DNA of 61,382 bases, the filler included, from Sluysia triapertura (taxonomy: Eukaryota): assembly GCA_046118255.1 (NCBI GenBank). It is 4 parts of 4 records of this genome, joined end to end, with 100 filler letters (N's around TTAATTAATTAA, not from the genome) between each part and the next. Parts side by side here need not be neighbours in the genome. Positions count along the whole stretch, not along the records: positions 1 to 11,123 come from JBJNIA010188565.1; positions 11,224 to 25,644 come from JBJNIA010260290.1; 2 more parts are not named here. One strand, 5' to 3'. The position numbers and the translations under genes are program-made. Shown piece by piece: positions 1-12,601 of this stretch; position 1 is the stretch's first letter, and each line of letters begins with the position of its first letter. The notes under the pieces are model-generated. The model did not search any database and had not been told where the DNA came from. It worked only from the letters and a program-made list of their open reading frames with translations.

Positions 1-2583
1 TTGAACTTTGTGAGATGAGTTATAGTGAATGTTGTGTGATGAATTGTGATGATTACCGAATGACGAGTTCCCTACACATAAAATATAATCTAAACTCATT
101 TTTTTATTAATTTGGGTGAAAAATACTTTTGTAAATTATATAAATATTTAAAACAATTATATAAGAATTTCAATATAAACAAATTAACATAGAGGTGACA
201 TAAAATGAACTTTAATATTTGAATGTCAATTTCGCGGAGATACACACAATTATGTAAGTAGACGCTGTCATGGGGATGTGCATTAAACAGTTAATAATAA
301 CTTAAAATATACCGAAATGTGTGATAATATAATATAAATTGATATATTAATTTATATCAAGTTAATATTTCTTACAAAATAAGTACTCAAAAGCGCTTAA
401 AATAAATAATTCATTATTATATATATCTGAAATACAAATAACTTTATTCTCATATATTTCATAATCATCCAATGTTGCTGGTTCTACATAAACGGTATAT
501 AACCAATCATCTATTTTATTATCCCTACGTATTTCGTACGAATTGTTAAATCTTAAAGACGTCTTGATTTTGGTTTCCAAATACTGTTACATCCAAATTT
601 AATTTATAAAAGTATATGATTTGAAACAAATGTTTAAAATTAATAGTGAACGTTTACGTCGAATGTATGCAAAAAGCAGTCAATATTTTATACATTTAAT
701 TATTTTTTAGTCGAGTTAAATGTTTTTATTATGTTTAATAATATTTGATTTTTATCAAACGTGTTATTTAAAACTTTCAAAGATTATTTTTATTAAATAT
801 TTCAATATTAATAGACGATTATTCATAAAGTAGAAATTATACGATGAAGTTAAACATTGAATTTTCAGCCAATGGCAATACTTTAATTTGTAAAGCTAGT
901 TCATTTACAGATTTACTACCAAATGATTATTTAAATAAATTTTTAAATAAATTTAAAAATAAATTAAAATTGAAGAATTAATTTGAAAGTTTATTTTAGT
1001 AATTATTTGGTTTGTTGAAAAACACATTAAAAGTTTTAAAAATATTTTTATTTCAATCATCAGAACCTATCGAAATGTATTTACTTTTATAATTTTCTTA
1101 TTTTTTATATTTTATCTTATATTTTTTATATTTTATTTTTTATATTTTATATTATATCTTACTTATAAACTATTTATGTATTTAAATTTTTATTATAAGT
1201 TCATTTACCAGTTAAATAAAATAATAGAAAGATCTTTTTTAAAACTGAAATTATTTTATAATTAATTTCAATAATTAATAGAAAAAATGTAATTATTTAT
1301 AAATAAATTTATAATAAATGTCATTTATGAAATATTGATTGACTGACAGATTTATGAGTAAAAGGACTGTTGAAATTATTTATGTCACGTAGCAAATTAT
1401 ATATTTTCATTTATTCAAATAATAAAAACGTAAATTTTAAAACAAACAGTAACAAAACATATTAAATCTAAAATTATTCCATTTGTTAATTTATTTTTGA
1501 AGTAAATATTTGTTTCTTAATAGTTAATATATTAATACTTTCAAAAATTTTAAACAATGTCTTCCACAATAACGTTAGGCTTTTTAAAAAAGAAGAAGGG
1601 AAATAAGACAAAATTAGCAATATGATTTAACAATAGACTTTTATTGTACATTTTATTTATATTTATTTTAAATCTTTTATTTTATATTTATTTTTTCATT
1701 TATTTTTTATTTATTTTATTTTTTTATTTTTATTTTATACATTTTATTTTTGAACTTAATTCTATTTAACTGACAATTTTATTGATACTTTTTAAAAAAT
1801 GTCTAAAATTTGGTGTTCCTATTTTAAAAGGTTTATCCACAGACATTGGTGGGAAACTCTATAAAAAAATAAAATACATGTGAAATGGAATCAAATAATT
1901 TCGTTAATGCATAAAATCACAAAAAGAAGTATTAAAGAAAAACATGTGAAATTATTTTCAGAAGAAACTTTTATAGGCAAATATAGAAAAAAACTCTATT
2001 TTGAAAATGTTCAAGCAACACAAAAAAAATTACTATATTATCACAAATTATTATATTTGATTGCCAAAACTTTACAAATTTTAAACAAAATTTAAAATAT
2101 GACGATGATTATTATTAGCACTATTATTATCATTATTTTTATTACTATTATTTAGTTTTTTTGTGATAGTAACAATTTTTACACGTACTAAATGTTATAG
2201 GAGACATTTTTATTATAGAAATTATAGATCAATGATTATTCAACCTTGAAATTATGTACCAAATAAAACTAAATTGACAGATTATATAACATTTAAAAAT
2301 CTACTTTTAATATTTTATTATTTCATACATTAAGGTGATATTAAGTTACAACCTTTCTGAATAACTAATCTTGAAAATGTTTTGTTTTTTCAACATATAA
2401 ATTTGAAATTATTAAATGTATAAATAATTGTAATTAAACTAGTTTTTATTTTGTCTATTTTAAAATATTTCTTTATAATTTTTATTTCATAAATAAAAAA
2501 TTATTATAATGATCATATTTAAAATACAATTTTTTTTGAACAAAAGATATCCAAATAATAATTTTAATATTAATATTACTTAC

Positions 2584-2829
2584 TTCAGGACTGTATACTG
2601 ATGTTACAACAGTGTGATTATTTTGAGTGGGATAAATAAATTTCGGATAATTATCATTGATATCATTAATTTCTATTGTAACTTGAGCACTTGATGATAA
2701 TGGTGGAGAACCATTATCAGTTGCAACAATATTAAATTCGAATAATTTGTTCTTTTCGCGATCAATACGAGCTTTAGTATTTATTTCGCCAGTTTTGTTG
2801 TTGATTTTGAAATTATTTTGTACATCGGC
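2584..2829 (-). CDS. Protocadherin, exon 2 (rest of EC6, start of EC7); gene presumably continues left of the window
   Basis: TTTTTTAAG acceptor and GTAAGT donor, phase 0/0 matching exon 1. Reads ADVQNNFKINNKTGEINTKARIDREKNKLFEFNIVATDNGSPPLSSSAQVTIEINDINDNYPKFIYP...SPE. Not in the ORF track. Confidence 0.92.
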
Positions 2830-5800
2830 CTTAAAAAAGAAATAATTAAAATTATTTATGATTAATTAAATTAAAAAAATATTACTTATAATTACTTTTC
2901 TTTAGAATTCTTAGTAATATTATTAGTAAATCGAGTTTATTTATTCTTTTGATTATTACTTTTTTCAAACATTACAATGGTTCTACTTGAATCACGATAA
3001 CCCATTGAAATATGTCAATTTTACTCAAACCAAATCAAATGTTGAAAAATTTTATAAAGTGTGATAGTGATTAATTTGTTTAATAAATGTTTGTTTGATT
3101 AAATTTATTTATTTATTTATTTATTTAATGAAATAAAAATTAGTTAAATTCTTATTGAATACATATATTATAATATCAAATACATTCTTATTTGTTTTAG
3201 ATAAATTAGTGAATCACTGAAATCGAAACATCTAAGAATATATTTGATCATAAATTGAATTCGCATAATTCTAATAGAAACCTTATTTAAAATGAACTCA
3301 AAAGTATGTAAACTGGATTCAATTGATTTTCGTTTTAAAAACTTGCTTTTAAATTTTAATATTATTTATATTATATAGAAATACATTTAATATCTATGTT
3401 TATATCTTACGTGTTGCTTTTGCTGTTGACATTATAATTATAAAGATACGAACTTTACTAAAATTGAATAAACAAAAAAATTTTATGTTAATTTGACTAT
3501 TTAAAGAAAGTAATTAGTAATTTTCCTGTGCTGTTTTCTACTTATAATATATTCTTTTAAATTAAAACTTTATTGTAAAGAATTTCATTGGTTACCAATA
3601 AATACAAAGTAGTATTCAAAATCATGGCACTAATTTATAAATTCTTACATTATAAAAGTCCTTAATATCTCTAGGAAATAACAAAAAATTTGGAAAGCAA
3701 AATGAACAAGTCTTACAGATATAACAATTTATGCAGAATCTACAGTGACAATAAAATAAGTAATAGGTTATATACCAATATATTATTGATCAATATTACA
3801 TCGTGTTATTTTGTTAACAATTTTATAAATAAAAATTTCTTTTAGTTTAAAGATGATAAGATGTACGGATTTATTTAACAATGTGTCGCAAATTATTTAA
3901 CAATAATTCGTAACATTAAAGTACACTTCATAAAGTTCTATCTTAATTACAGTTTAATAAGAAAGTATCCCACAATCTGTAAGATCTATAAAGATATTTA
4001 AGAAATGCTTTAAAATTTTCATTTTATTTTTATTTTTTACATTGTTTTTTCTTTTATCATCAACAAAAATAATTTTGTTTATAATATAATATCTTATTAT
4101 TCATACTTCTTTTAAAAAAAGTTTAGATATAATTTATAATTTGTTTAATTTTTATTTACACAACTCTTAAAATTCAAATCGCAAACAAATAACCAAATTA
4201 AATATAATATGAATAGTATCATTAATGTGATTAGATAAAATTTAAGAAATTTATTTTACTATTTTCAAAATTGTCAACGTTTGAACATAAATGGTTTTAA
4301 TCATACCTAGATAATCATATTTTTTAAATGAAATAAATTAATTAATGATATTTGTTTATTTGTTTAATGGTTTTGTTTTACTAACTTATTTTAAGGTTAC
4401 TTATGTTGTTTTCCAGTCTATTCCAGATACTTATTAACCTTTTCAGAAAAGGTTTTTTTAAGAGTAATTTTTCAATAAAATATTTAATTTAAGTTATTAA
4501 AAAGTGTTTAAGCGTTTGATATTCTTTTAAACACGAGTCTATACACATTCACTAAAATGAAATTTTGTACATTTTCTTCCCAATTGAAGCTCTGATAAAA
4601 TAACTTGTCACATATAATTTATTTGCAAATGTTTTCACTTTAATACATATGTATATATTGCATTGTATATCACTTAACAAAAAAATGTTGCATAAATTAA
4701 AAAAGAAATGTATTATTTTCTGATATTTTAATAATAAATTAATCTTTGCATGTTACAAAAGGCATTGTAAACATCTTCTTTTTTCTTCTCTAATTTGGTT
4801 TATTTTAACAATTATTTTCTTTACCTATATTGTTTCAATTCTTTTGCTTTTTTTGTGATTTTATTAGATACCACACATAATTTACTTCGTTATAGAATTT
4901 TGAGTAATTTAGAATGATTTGTTCAAAAATGTTTCAAATAAAAAATGAGAGTCCTTATAGCACAGTAAATATGCAAAACCAGCACCCGATACAAAATTGT
5001 GTATATAAATAAATACATTGTAAATGCATATTCATAAAATAAAACCATGTTGCCGAGATATAAGAAAGTTTCCACAGTTTTCTTTTGGTATAAGAGAAAC
5101 ACCGTGTTGTAGAAAGGTTGTCAGTTCACTTACATTGCAAACAACATAAATCGAATAAAATTTCAACAAACCTCCAAATTTGAAAAGTTCCAAAAACACA
5201 AAACAGTAAATATGTTTTTAAAAATTTATTTTTTAAATATTAATTATACAATTATAAATCAGTTAATTTTTTTATTATTTTAATATTCCTAAAATAATTT
5301 CTTTTTATTCTTTTAATATATTCCAAAATTTATTTATGTTAGGCTTCCATTATTACCATATAAATACAATAAATAAAGAACTATTAATGAATCTAAAAAT
5401 ATCATACAACGAAAAACTAAATCACATTAAATAAATTTAATTAATTATAAATTTATTACAAATTTGACAAATAGTATTAGTTTTACTGTCATTTGTACAC
5501 ATATCTTGTTATTTTGCACAAATTTTATTACTTATTCTCTTGATCTTTTTATTAACTATTTCTGTTATTTTCATAGAAAGTTTCATCATCGATTAATTAC
5601 ATTGGAAAACATTGAAATATTTATTAAAATATTAATAAGTAGTTCTTATTTTAACCTATCATTTCAGTGACTTATACAATATGCTTGTGTATCGAGATAT
5701 TATTGAAACTATTTCTGTTATGTATTAAAAGGTGGATTCGGTTCCATCCTTTTATATTGTAACTAACATTGTAATATTTAACTTCAATAACAGTGTATCT

Positions 5801-6356
5801 AAATTATGTATGAAGAGAAAGAAATTATCATATCAAAGAGATTATCCTTTCAAATCAACTCTAGATTGATTATTTTCACAAGCACATTCTGTTTGTTTAT
5901 TTATTTATTATTGCATATTATAACAAAATAAATTCTTCATTCAGTATCAAACTGATTTACTGGAAATACACTACCGAAGTGGACATCTCTCTAAATATAA
6001 CACAACCGTAATATTTCGTGATAACTTATACAGCTTAGATAAAATTGTCACTTACTGGTACAGTAATTCTATTACTTATGCTAGTTCGACAGTTTCTTTC
6101 TGTGAATTTATCATCAAATCGAAATGTTATACTGATACTTAATTTTAAAAAATTATGTAATAAATTTAATACACAGTTCGTGCATTATTTATTTACTATA
6201 AAATATTGGTAAAATTTATTTAGATATAATATAATGCAACAGATTAGAAATTAATTTATTTCATAGAATAGGAGAATTTATTTCTATGGAAGCACAAAGC
6301 AACTAATAATAATAATAACAACAATAATAAATATAATAATAATAATAATAAATTAC

Positions 6357-8396
6357 TGAAAAGTCATCGATTTTGTATGTAATTTCCGCATTTCTTTCCG
6401 CATCTTCATCTGTAGCTTGAACAATACCAACTGATATTCCTATATTTATTTCTTCATCTACTGAAAATTTGTAATTTGGCATTGTAAAAATCGGATGATT
6501 ATCGTTTTTGTCAATAATATTGACAATAAATGTCGATATACTACTAAGATCAATCCAAGGTGCTGTAGTTTGCTTATGATCGATATTTGGTAGATTTTTC
6601 CAATTAACATTTTTTACTTTAATGGTAAATTGTATACTGTCTAACTTTTCACGATCAAAACTTTTCATTGCTATTAATTTAAATTGTGTACCATAATTAT
6701 TTCTCATCAAATTATGATCATTATTAATAATTTCCCAAGCAAAATTTCCCGCTCCACTTTCACTAATTTCAAATTCAAATCTACCATATTTTTGATCTGT
6801 TACATCTTGATCAGTCACATTTAAAATAGCTACTTGTGTTCCTATAGGTTCATTTTCTTTTAAATTCAATATTATTCTATTATAAGCAAATTTCGGTGGA
6901 TTGTCATTCAAGTCAACCACTAAAACTCGTATAGTTTCTTCACTAAACAATTGGGGATAACCATTATCATGGCATTTTACAACTAAATTATATATCATTC
7001 GTTTTTCGGTATCTAAGCTTCCTTTGGTAACAATTCGATATTCGTACATATCTTTTTTGCTGTTATATTTGATTTTAATTAATTCAAAATTATTATCGTG
7101 GCCACTTAAATCACAATTTACTTGACCATTTACACCAAAATCTTTATCTTGTACATTTACAAATGAAATTACCTGATCTGTTTGTAGATTTTCTTTTACT
7201 TCAGGCATAGCTGGTTGACGATTATTTAAATCAATTACTGTAATTATTGGTTTTTCATCATTAACATCCAATACGGTCACTGTGAATGAGGTTGATGATG
7301 ATAAGCGATTAGGATGACCATTATCAGATACTAAAACTTTAACTTCTATTACAGGACTTGACACTAACTTCATCATATCGTAATCAATTTTATTAATTAA
7401 TTTAATTGATCCAGTATTAGAATTAATTTCAAAATAAGGTTGCGAATTAACTTTCGGAGACACTGAAAAGGTTGGATATGTAGATTCACTTATTGTGTAA
7501 GATAATCTACCATTTTCTCCTATATCTTTATCATGAGCAATAATTCTTGTTATTTCTGTATTTAAATCAGTACTTTCTTTTATTGACATTGAATTAATTG
7601 GATCAATAATAGGAGAATTATCATTTTCATCAATAACTGATACGGTTAAAGTCAAAGTACCTGATCTGACAGGAGTACCACTGTCTTCAGCTATGATAAT
7701 CAATTCATGACTTTCTTCTAATTCACGATCTAAATGTGATTTTAAATATAATTTCGGTATTATTTCCTTTGAACGACGATCTTCGAAATCTAGTCGAAAT
7801 AAATCCGAACCTTTTCCAATGTAATACCGTTTTACGGAATATTTTGATGAATCTTTGTCTTTAGCAACAGGAATTTCAAATCCATTATTATTAACTGTAG
7901 ATTCAGAAATGTTTAAAATAAAATTAGTAGGATTAAAAACAGGTTGATTATCATTGATATCGAGTATTTCGATTTCCACATTACAATCTTTCGTTTGATA
8001 CGAATTTTTTTGATTATCCAAATATTCGATTACTACACGCATTTCAAGAATGCAGTCATCAAGTAGTTGATTTAAATAATATTTATGACAACACAAACCC
8101 ATTAATCCACACAAATTATCACGATCGATTGGTCGTTTTAAATATAAACGACCATTTTGACTATTAATCCCGATAAAATTTAATATGTTTTTATTATCTG
8201 TTATCAATATATAGTTCAAGGTCATATTTCCGGATATATAATAATTTAAAGCATTATTTCCACATAAGCCATGATTTACAACACCGATATCTTTCAAATG
8301 CATTTCTTCATTGATTTTAAAACGAATAGTTTTTCCAATACATACGCAAATAAATTGAATATATGTAATAATAAAATATCGAAAATATAGCCGCAT
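6357..8396 (-). CDS. Protocadherin, exon 1 (signal peptide, EC1-EC5 and first part of EC6)
   Basis: 680 codons from ATG to a GTAATT donor after DDFS. Hydrophobic N-terminus; repeated DRE/DYD, AxDxG and DxNDNxPxF motifs (LDINDNQPVF, IDENDNSP, LDVNDEKP, VDLNDNPPKF, IDKNDNHPIF); C-X5-C (CGLMGLC) in EC1 as in protocadherins. The ORF's poly-Tyr tail is intronic. Confidence 0.95.
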
Positions 8397-9539
8397 TTTT
8401 TATTACTATTAATTATCAAATTTTCACTTTTCTATACTTTAAATCATTATAAATTGTAAAGTAAACCAATCAGAAATAGCAACTAATCATAAGTAATATA
8501 TATATTTCAGATTTATTTTTTATTACTAATTTGAATTTGATTGAAGTTTTGGGCGTAAAATCAAATAATTTATCAGTAAAAATATTTGAGAATTAATTAA
8601 TTTTATTTGTAATTAATTAAAAAAATTAATTATTATGTAATTTGCTGAGTTAACTTTTATTTGTAAACGATATTAAAATAATAATTATTGCATTAAAAAT
8701 GGGATTTAACAACATAAAATAAAATTATAAAGTTTTAGTCTTGTTTCTTATTTTACACTTAATTTGATGAAAAATGCTTTTTAAAAGTAAATCACTTTTC
8801 CTTTCTATTATTTACTTTTGATTGGGTTAGAAAATAATCAATGACCATCAAAATAGAAAGTGAAAGTTCATTAATAATTATTGCAAATTTATGACTGCAA
8901 CAATTTAAGCCATTATTTCCAGTTATATTGCTTTTAAATCAAATTAAATGCAAATTAAACAAAGTCAATACATAAAATATTGTATTTCTTTATTATTTAA
9001 TCAGGATGTATAAGATGATTAAATGAAGTTACAATAAGATCAATCAAAAGTGTGAAAACTTTCTTTGCTTTCAGTGTAATCAATTAAAAAACGTTATGGA
9101 ATAACTGAATAAACTTATATATGATAATGATGTAGGCACCGGAATTAATCCGATAATCAACTGATATTTTACTCAAAAATTATAAAGTTTTCACTTTTTT
9201 AAGTGTTTCAGATTTATCAGAATGTGTAAGTGAAATAGTATGAAAAAAATGGTTTATATCATGAATAACTTCAATTAACTTCGACAATTGGATAACATAT
9301 GGAATTGCAGGAGCATGAATTAAGATGCTGAATAAAGAATTATACAATTCAAAATTTTTAAATCAGCTAGTGGTTTTACTAAGAATTTCAAATATGAATA
9401 TCTAGTTAAGATAAGTTACAGAAAGTATTGTTCGATTTATTCCATGTTGAAAATGAAACTGATACAATTGTACGACACTTGCTATTTCAAAATAATAAAT
9501 AAATTAAATTAAATAATTAATAAAGGTAAGATATACTTT

Positions 9540-10072
9540 CCTTAAATTGACGACCAATATGTTACAATATGAATCAATATTGTTAAATCAAAAGCAAAAT
9601 TTACCTTTCTTTCGGTACAGGTATGTAACACTCTTTATTCCATTCAAGTATTTTTTTCATCCCAATCTGAATCATCAAAGAGAGGACCCTTTGTTGCAAG
9701 AAAATCGCCATAAGTTGATTGTGTATCTATAGTATAAAAATAACGGTAACGACTTACTTCAAGAAGTATAGAAATCCGAATGAAAATAATAAAGCGACGA
9801 GACTAATAAATTATTTATCCATAATCATAGTTTAGGATTTCCATAATTCTAACTACGGAGTAGACGTTATACAAACAAATCTAAAATAACCTATCATACT
9901 CTATACAAATGATATAACAAAGCGCTAACACAAATAAACAACACATACTCAACATACATGCAGCGGTAATAAGCGTTACTCGGCTATTAAAACAATTAAA
10001 TTTACTGGAACGCTTATTGCTGTCGCGGAAGTTACGCAAAAACGCTTTTTGATGTAACCCATACTTAAAGGG
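9540..10072 (-). mobile_element. Possible piggyBac-type terminal remnant
   Basis: - strand begins TTAA|CCCTTTAAGTATGGG, the same TTAA|CCCTTT terminus as the MITE at 45966. The partner end was not found, so the left boundary is a guess. Confidence 0.35.
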
Positions 10073-11123
10073 TTAATTATAGATTAAATGAGTAAATGTG
10101 ATTAAAAATTTTTAACAAAAGTGAAATGATTTCGCTTCTAATGTCACAACACAATTATTGAAATCGCAAACCAGAAATATTAATGAAAGGAAAGCCATCC
10201 ATTAAATTCACATTATTACTTCGTTGTAAATTGGTTGTATTTTATATACGATTTAAGTTTTAAAAATATACAACCACAAACCACAGAATATCCAATCATT
10301 GGAAGATTAAGGAATAATTAAGAAAAGGACAACTTTCTTTCTACCTCAAATTTATTATAAGTGTTTTGGAGCACTATATAATTTAATATGTAAATATAAT
10401 TTAATATATAAATGTAAGTATAAATAAAGTAAATTTATAATTTATAATACATCATTTTGGAATATTAAAAATAATTCATAATAACTAAATAACTAAATTA
10501 ATTATGATAAACTGACAGTGGTGGTCTAGGGCTAATTGTAATTCCGGGACTATTTTTCAGTCATGACACATACTTTGCCTTTGGTAGTTTGGTTTTAAAG
10601 CATATATAATAGTTTTATTTAATTATCGGATTCCAAGAAAAAAAAGGAAAAAATTATAAAAATGTACAAAAATTAAATAAAGATAATTATTGTTAAATCA
10701 TAACAACAATTATTGATTTTTTAATACATAACAATTATTGATTTTTTAATACATGTGTGTCGTAAATTTTTGAATACGTAACAATTAATTTGTTAAATTA
10801 TAACAATTATTGATTATTATAATTATAAACATTTCGAATTTTATTAAATTATTATCAATTTCATTTTTTGAATATTCGGATTTATTTTCATTTTATGATT
10901 TATTAATTTATGGAAATTATAGTGAGTTTTAATTATTTTTAATTTAAATTTTGTTTAAATAATTAAACTTTTATTTTAATGAATAAATTTTGTTTAAATA
11001 ATTAACCTTCAAGGTTAATGTGTAAAAATGTATAAATATCAATCACAAATACATACTTTTCACAATTCTTTCATTTAATTACAAGTTTATTTGTTAGCTA
11101 GTCTTTGGTAAATTGGCGAAGTA

Positions 11124-11223
11124 NNNNNNNNNNNNNNNNNNNNNNNNNNNNNNNNNNNNNNNNNNNNTTAATTAATTAANNNNNNNNNNNNNNNNNNNNN
11201 NNNNNNNNNNNNNNNNNNNNNNN
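11124..11223. other. Artificial gap linker N44-TTAATTAATTAA-N44
   Basis: Exactly 100 bp; the 12-mer gives stop codons in all six frames; identical to the other two gaps. Confidence 0.97.
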
Positions 11224-11523
11224 ATGTATTTTTCCGTTAATTGAAGATCCATTATAGACTGTTATTATTTTTCCATTAGAATCCATTAAGTCTTTTCTTC
11301 ATAAATTACTTTTTCATTAAAAATCCGTTCTTATAGAGTATAATTATTTTTTCCTTGATAATTATTTATTAAATTTTTATTATTTTTTCTTATTATTATT
11401 ATTGTTAATTTAAATTTGAAATGAAAATAAAATTATTTTAAATTTGAAATGAAATTATTTTTAAATTATTTTTAAATTAATCAAGTTTTTAATCAAGTTT
11501 TATTTACTTACAATAGTATAATT

Positions 11524-11622
11524 GACTGTAATAGCTCAGTGGTCAGAATATCGAACTGCAAAGCTGAGGTAAGAGAGGGGCCGGGTTTGAATCCCTGTCA
11601 GTCCATTTAATGAAGCCTAACA
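11524..11622 (+). mobile_element. tRNA-derived SINE head, copy 1
   Basis: GACTG...CAGTC(CA) acceptor-like stem, A-box TAGCTCAGTGG, B-box-like GGTTTGAATCCC, and a tail TGAAGCCTAACA shared with the copy at 57260-57338. Confidence 0.7.
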
Positions 11623-11933
11623 GTGTATAAAAGTTTAAAATTTCAACATTCTTTTAATTTAAATGATAATTAGAGTGATTGTAATAAAATACTACAAGCG
11701 TATAAAATTAATTTTGTAATGTGACACAGACAATAGAAACAATAAATACGAGATTTAATTTATTTTAAAAAGTAATATTTTTATTATACATAGTTTATCT
11801 ATAATTTATTAATAATTCTTTGTGTATAATTTAATGATTGCTAAAATTTAGAGTGTCAGTATTTTCCAAATAACATTTAAAAATATATATACATAAAAAT
11901 TCAATGCTTAAATAATATTATCTTTAACACTTC

Positions 11934-12192
11934 TTGGTGTTGATACACTTAATCGGTTCACACTTAAAAAACCAAACGTCAAAAAATGGAGCTGCATTAA
12001 TTTCCTCTATATGTTTTCTTTTTTGCCTATTAAGTGTTTGCTTCAATGTTCTCCACTTTGGCAACCCCAGTAAAAGCATTATCATCTAATGACCTCATGA
12101 CATCCGTCATTATATTAATCAGATTTAGAGTAACATCATTTATAGAAAATTTCATTTGACGGATTAAGTGTGAACCGATTAAGTGTCACCAA
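11934..12192. mobile_element. MITE with ~29-bp terminal inverted repeats
   Basis: Left TTGGTG(ttgat)ACACTTAATCGGTTCACACTTAA; right TTAAGTGTGAACCGATTAAGTGTCACCAA, its reverse complement apart from a 5-bp insertion. Confidence 0.75.
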
Positions 12193-12376
12193 ATCCTTTT
12201 CTTTTTATATTTAAGATAGTTTTATTTCAGAACATTGAGAAATTAAATTCAATAAAAATTAGGATCTCATTTCAGTAATAAAAAATAACAATGAAACACA
12301 AAAACAATTAGTCAAAATAATTTTATTATACAGTATAACATAGACAACACGAATAAGTGTAAAGTTCTAAAGATCT

Positions 12377-12601
12377 TTATTGTCGTCTCATATTAATCAA
12401 AGTATACAAATCAATATTATTTTGATAAAGAATGTGCATCAAATTATTTTGACGTAAACACAATTCCACATCGATTAAAGCAGATTTATAACGATCTATA
12501 GTCGAGTGTAATTCATTTAAATCATTCCTATATCGAGTCATTAGATGAATACGTTGATTCGAATTATTATGTCCGATAGATTGAGTTAATTTCTCGTTGT
12601 A
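12377..12601 (-). CDS. Terminal exon of an unknown coiled-coil protein (set B)
   Basis: TTTTAG acceptor, then 74 open codons and TAA: YNEKLTQSIGHNNSNQRIHLMTRYRNDLNELHSTIDRYKSALIDVELCLRQNN...MRRQ*. Phase 0 matches the exon ending at 16538. Confidence 0.65.
   Translation of the reverse strand, partial: YNEKLTQSIGHNNSNQRIHLMTRYRNDLNELHSTIDRYKSALIDVELCLRQNNLMHILYQNNIDLYTLINMRRQ

Noticed and set aside
362-583. ORF on - as protocadherin exon 3
   Set aside because: A phase-compatible CAG acceptor exists, but the peptide lacks the AxDxDxGxN and other EC7 motifs.
6303-6356. Poly-Tyr C-terminus of the 697-aa ORF
   Set aside because: Read-through into an intronic (TAA)n microsatellite after a GT donor.
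10700-11005. Short direct repeats as a CRISPR-like array
   Set aside because: Local AT-rich tandem duplications without regular repeat-spacer periodicity, in a eukaryotic context.
11524-11605. Functional tRNA gene (GCA anticodon)
   Set aside because: The anticodon stem does not pair, the variable region is irregular, and a diverged second copy shares a non-tRNA tail, which fits a SINE.
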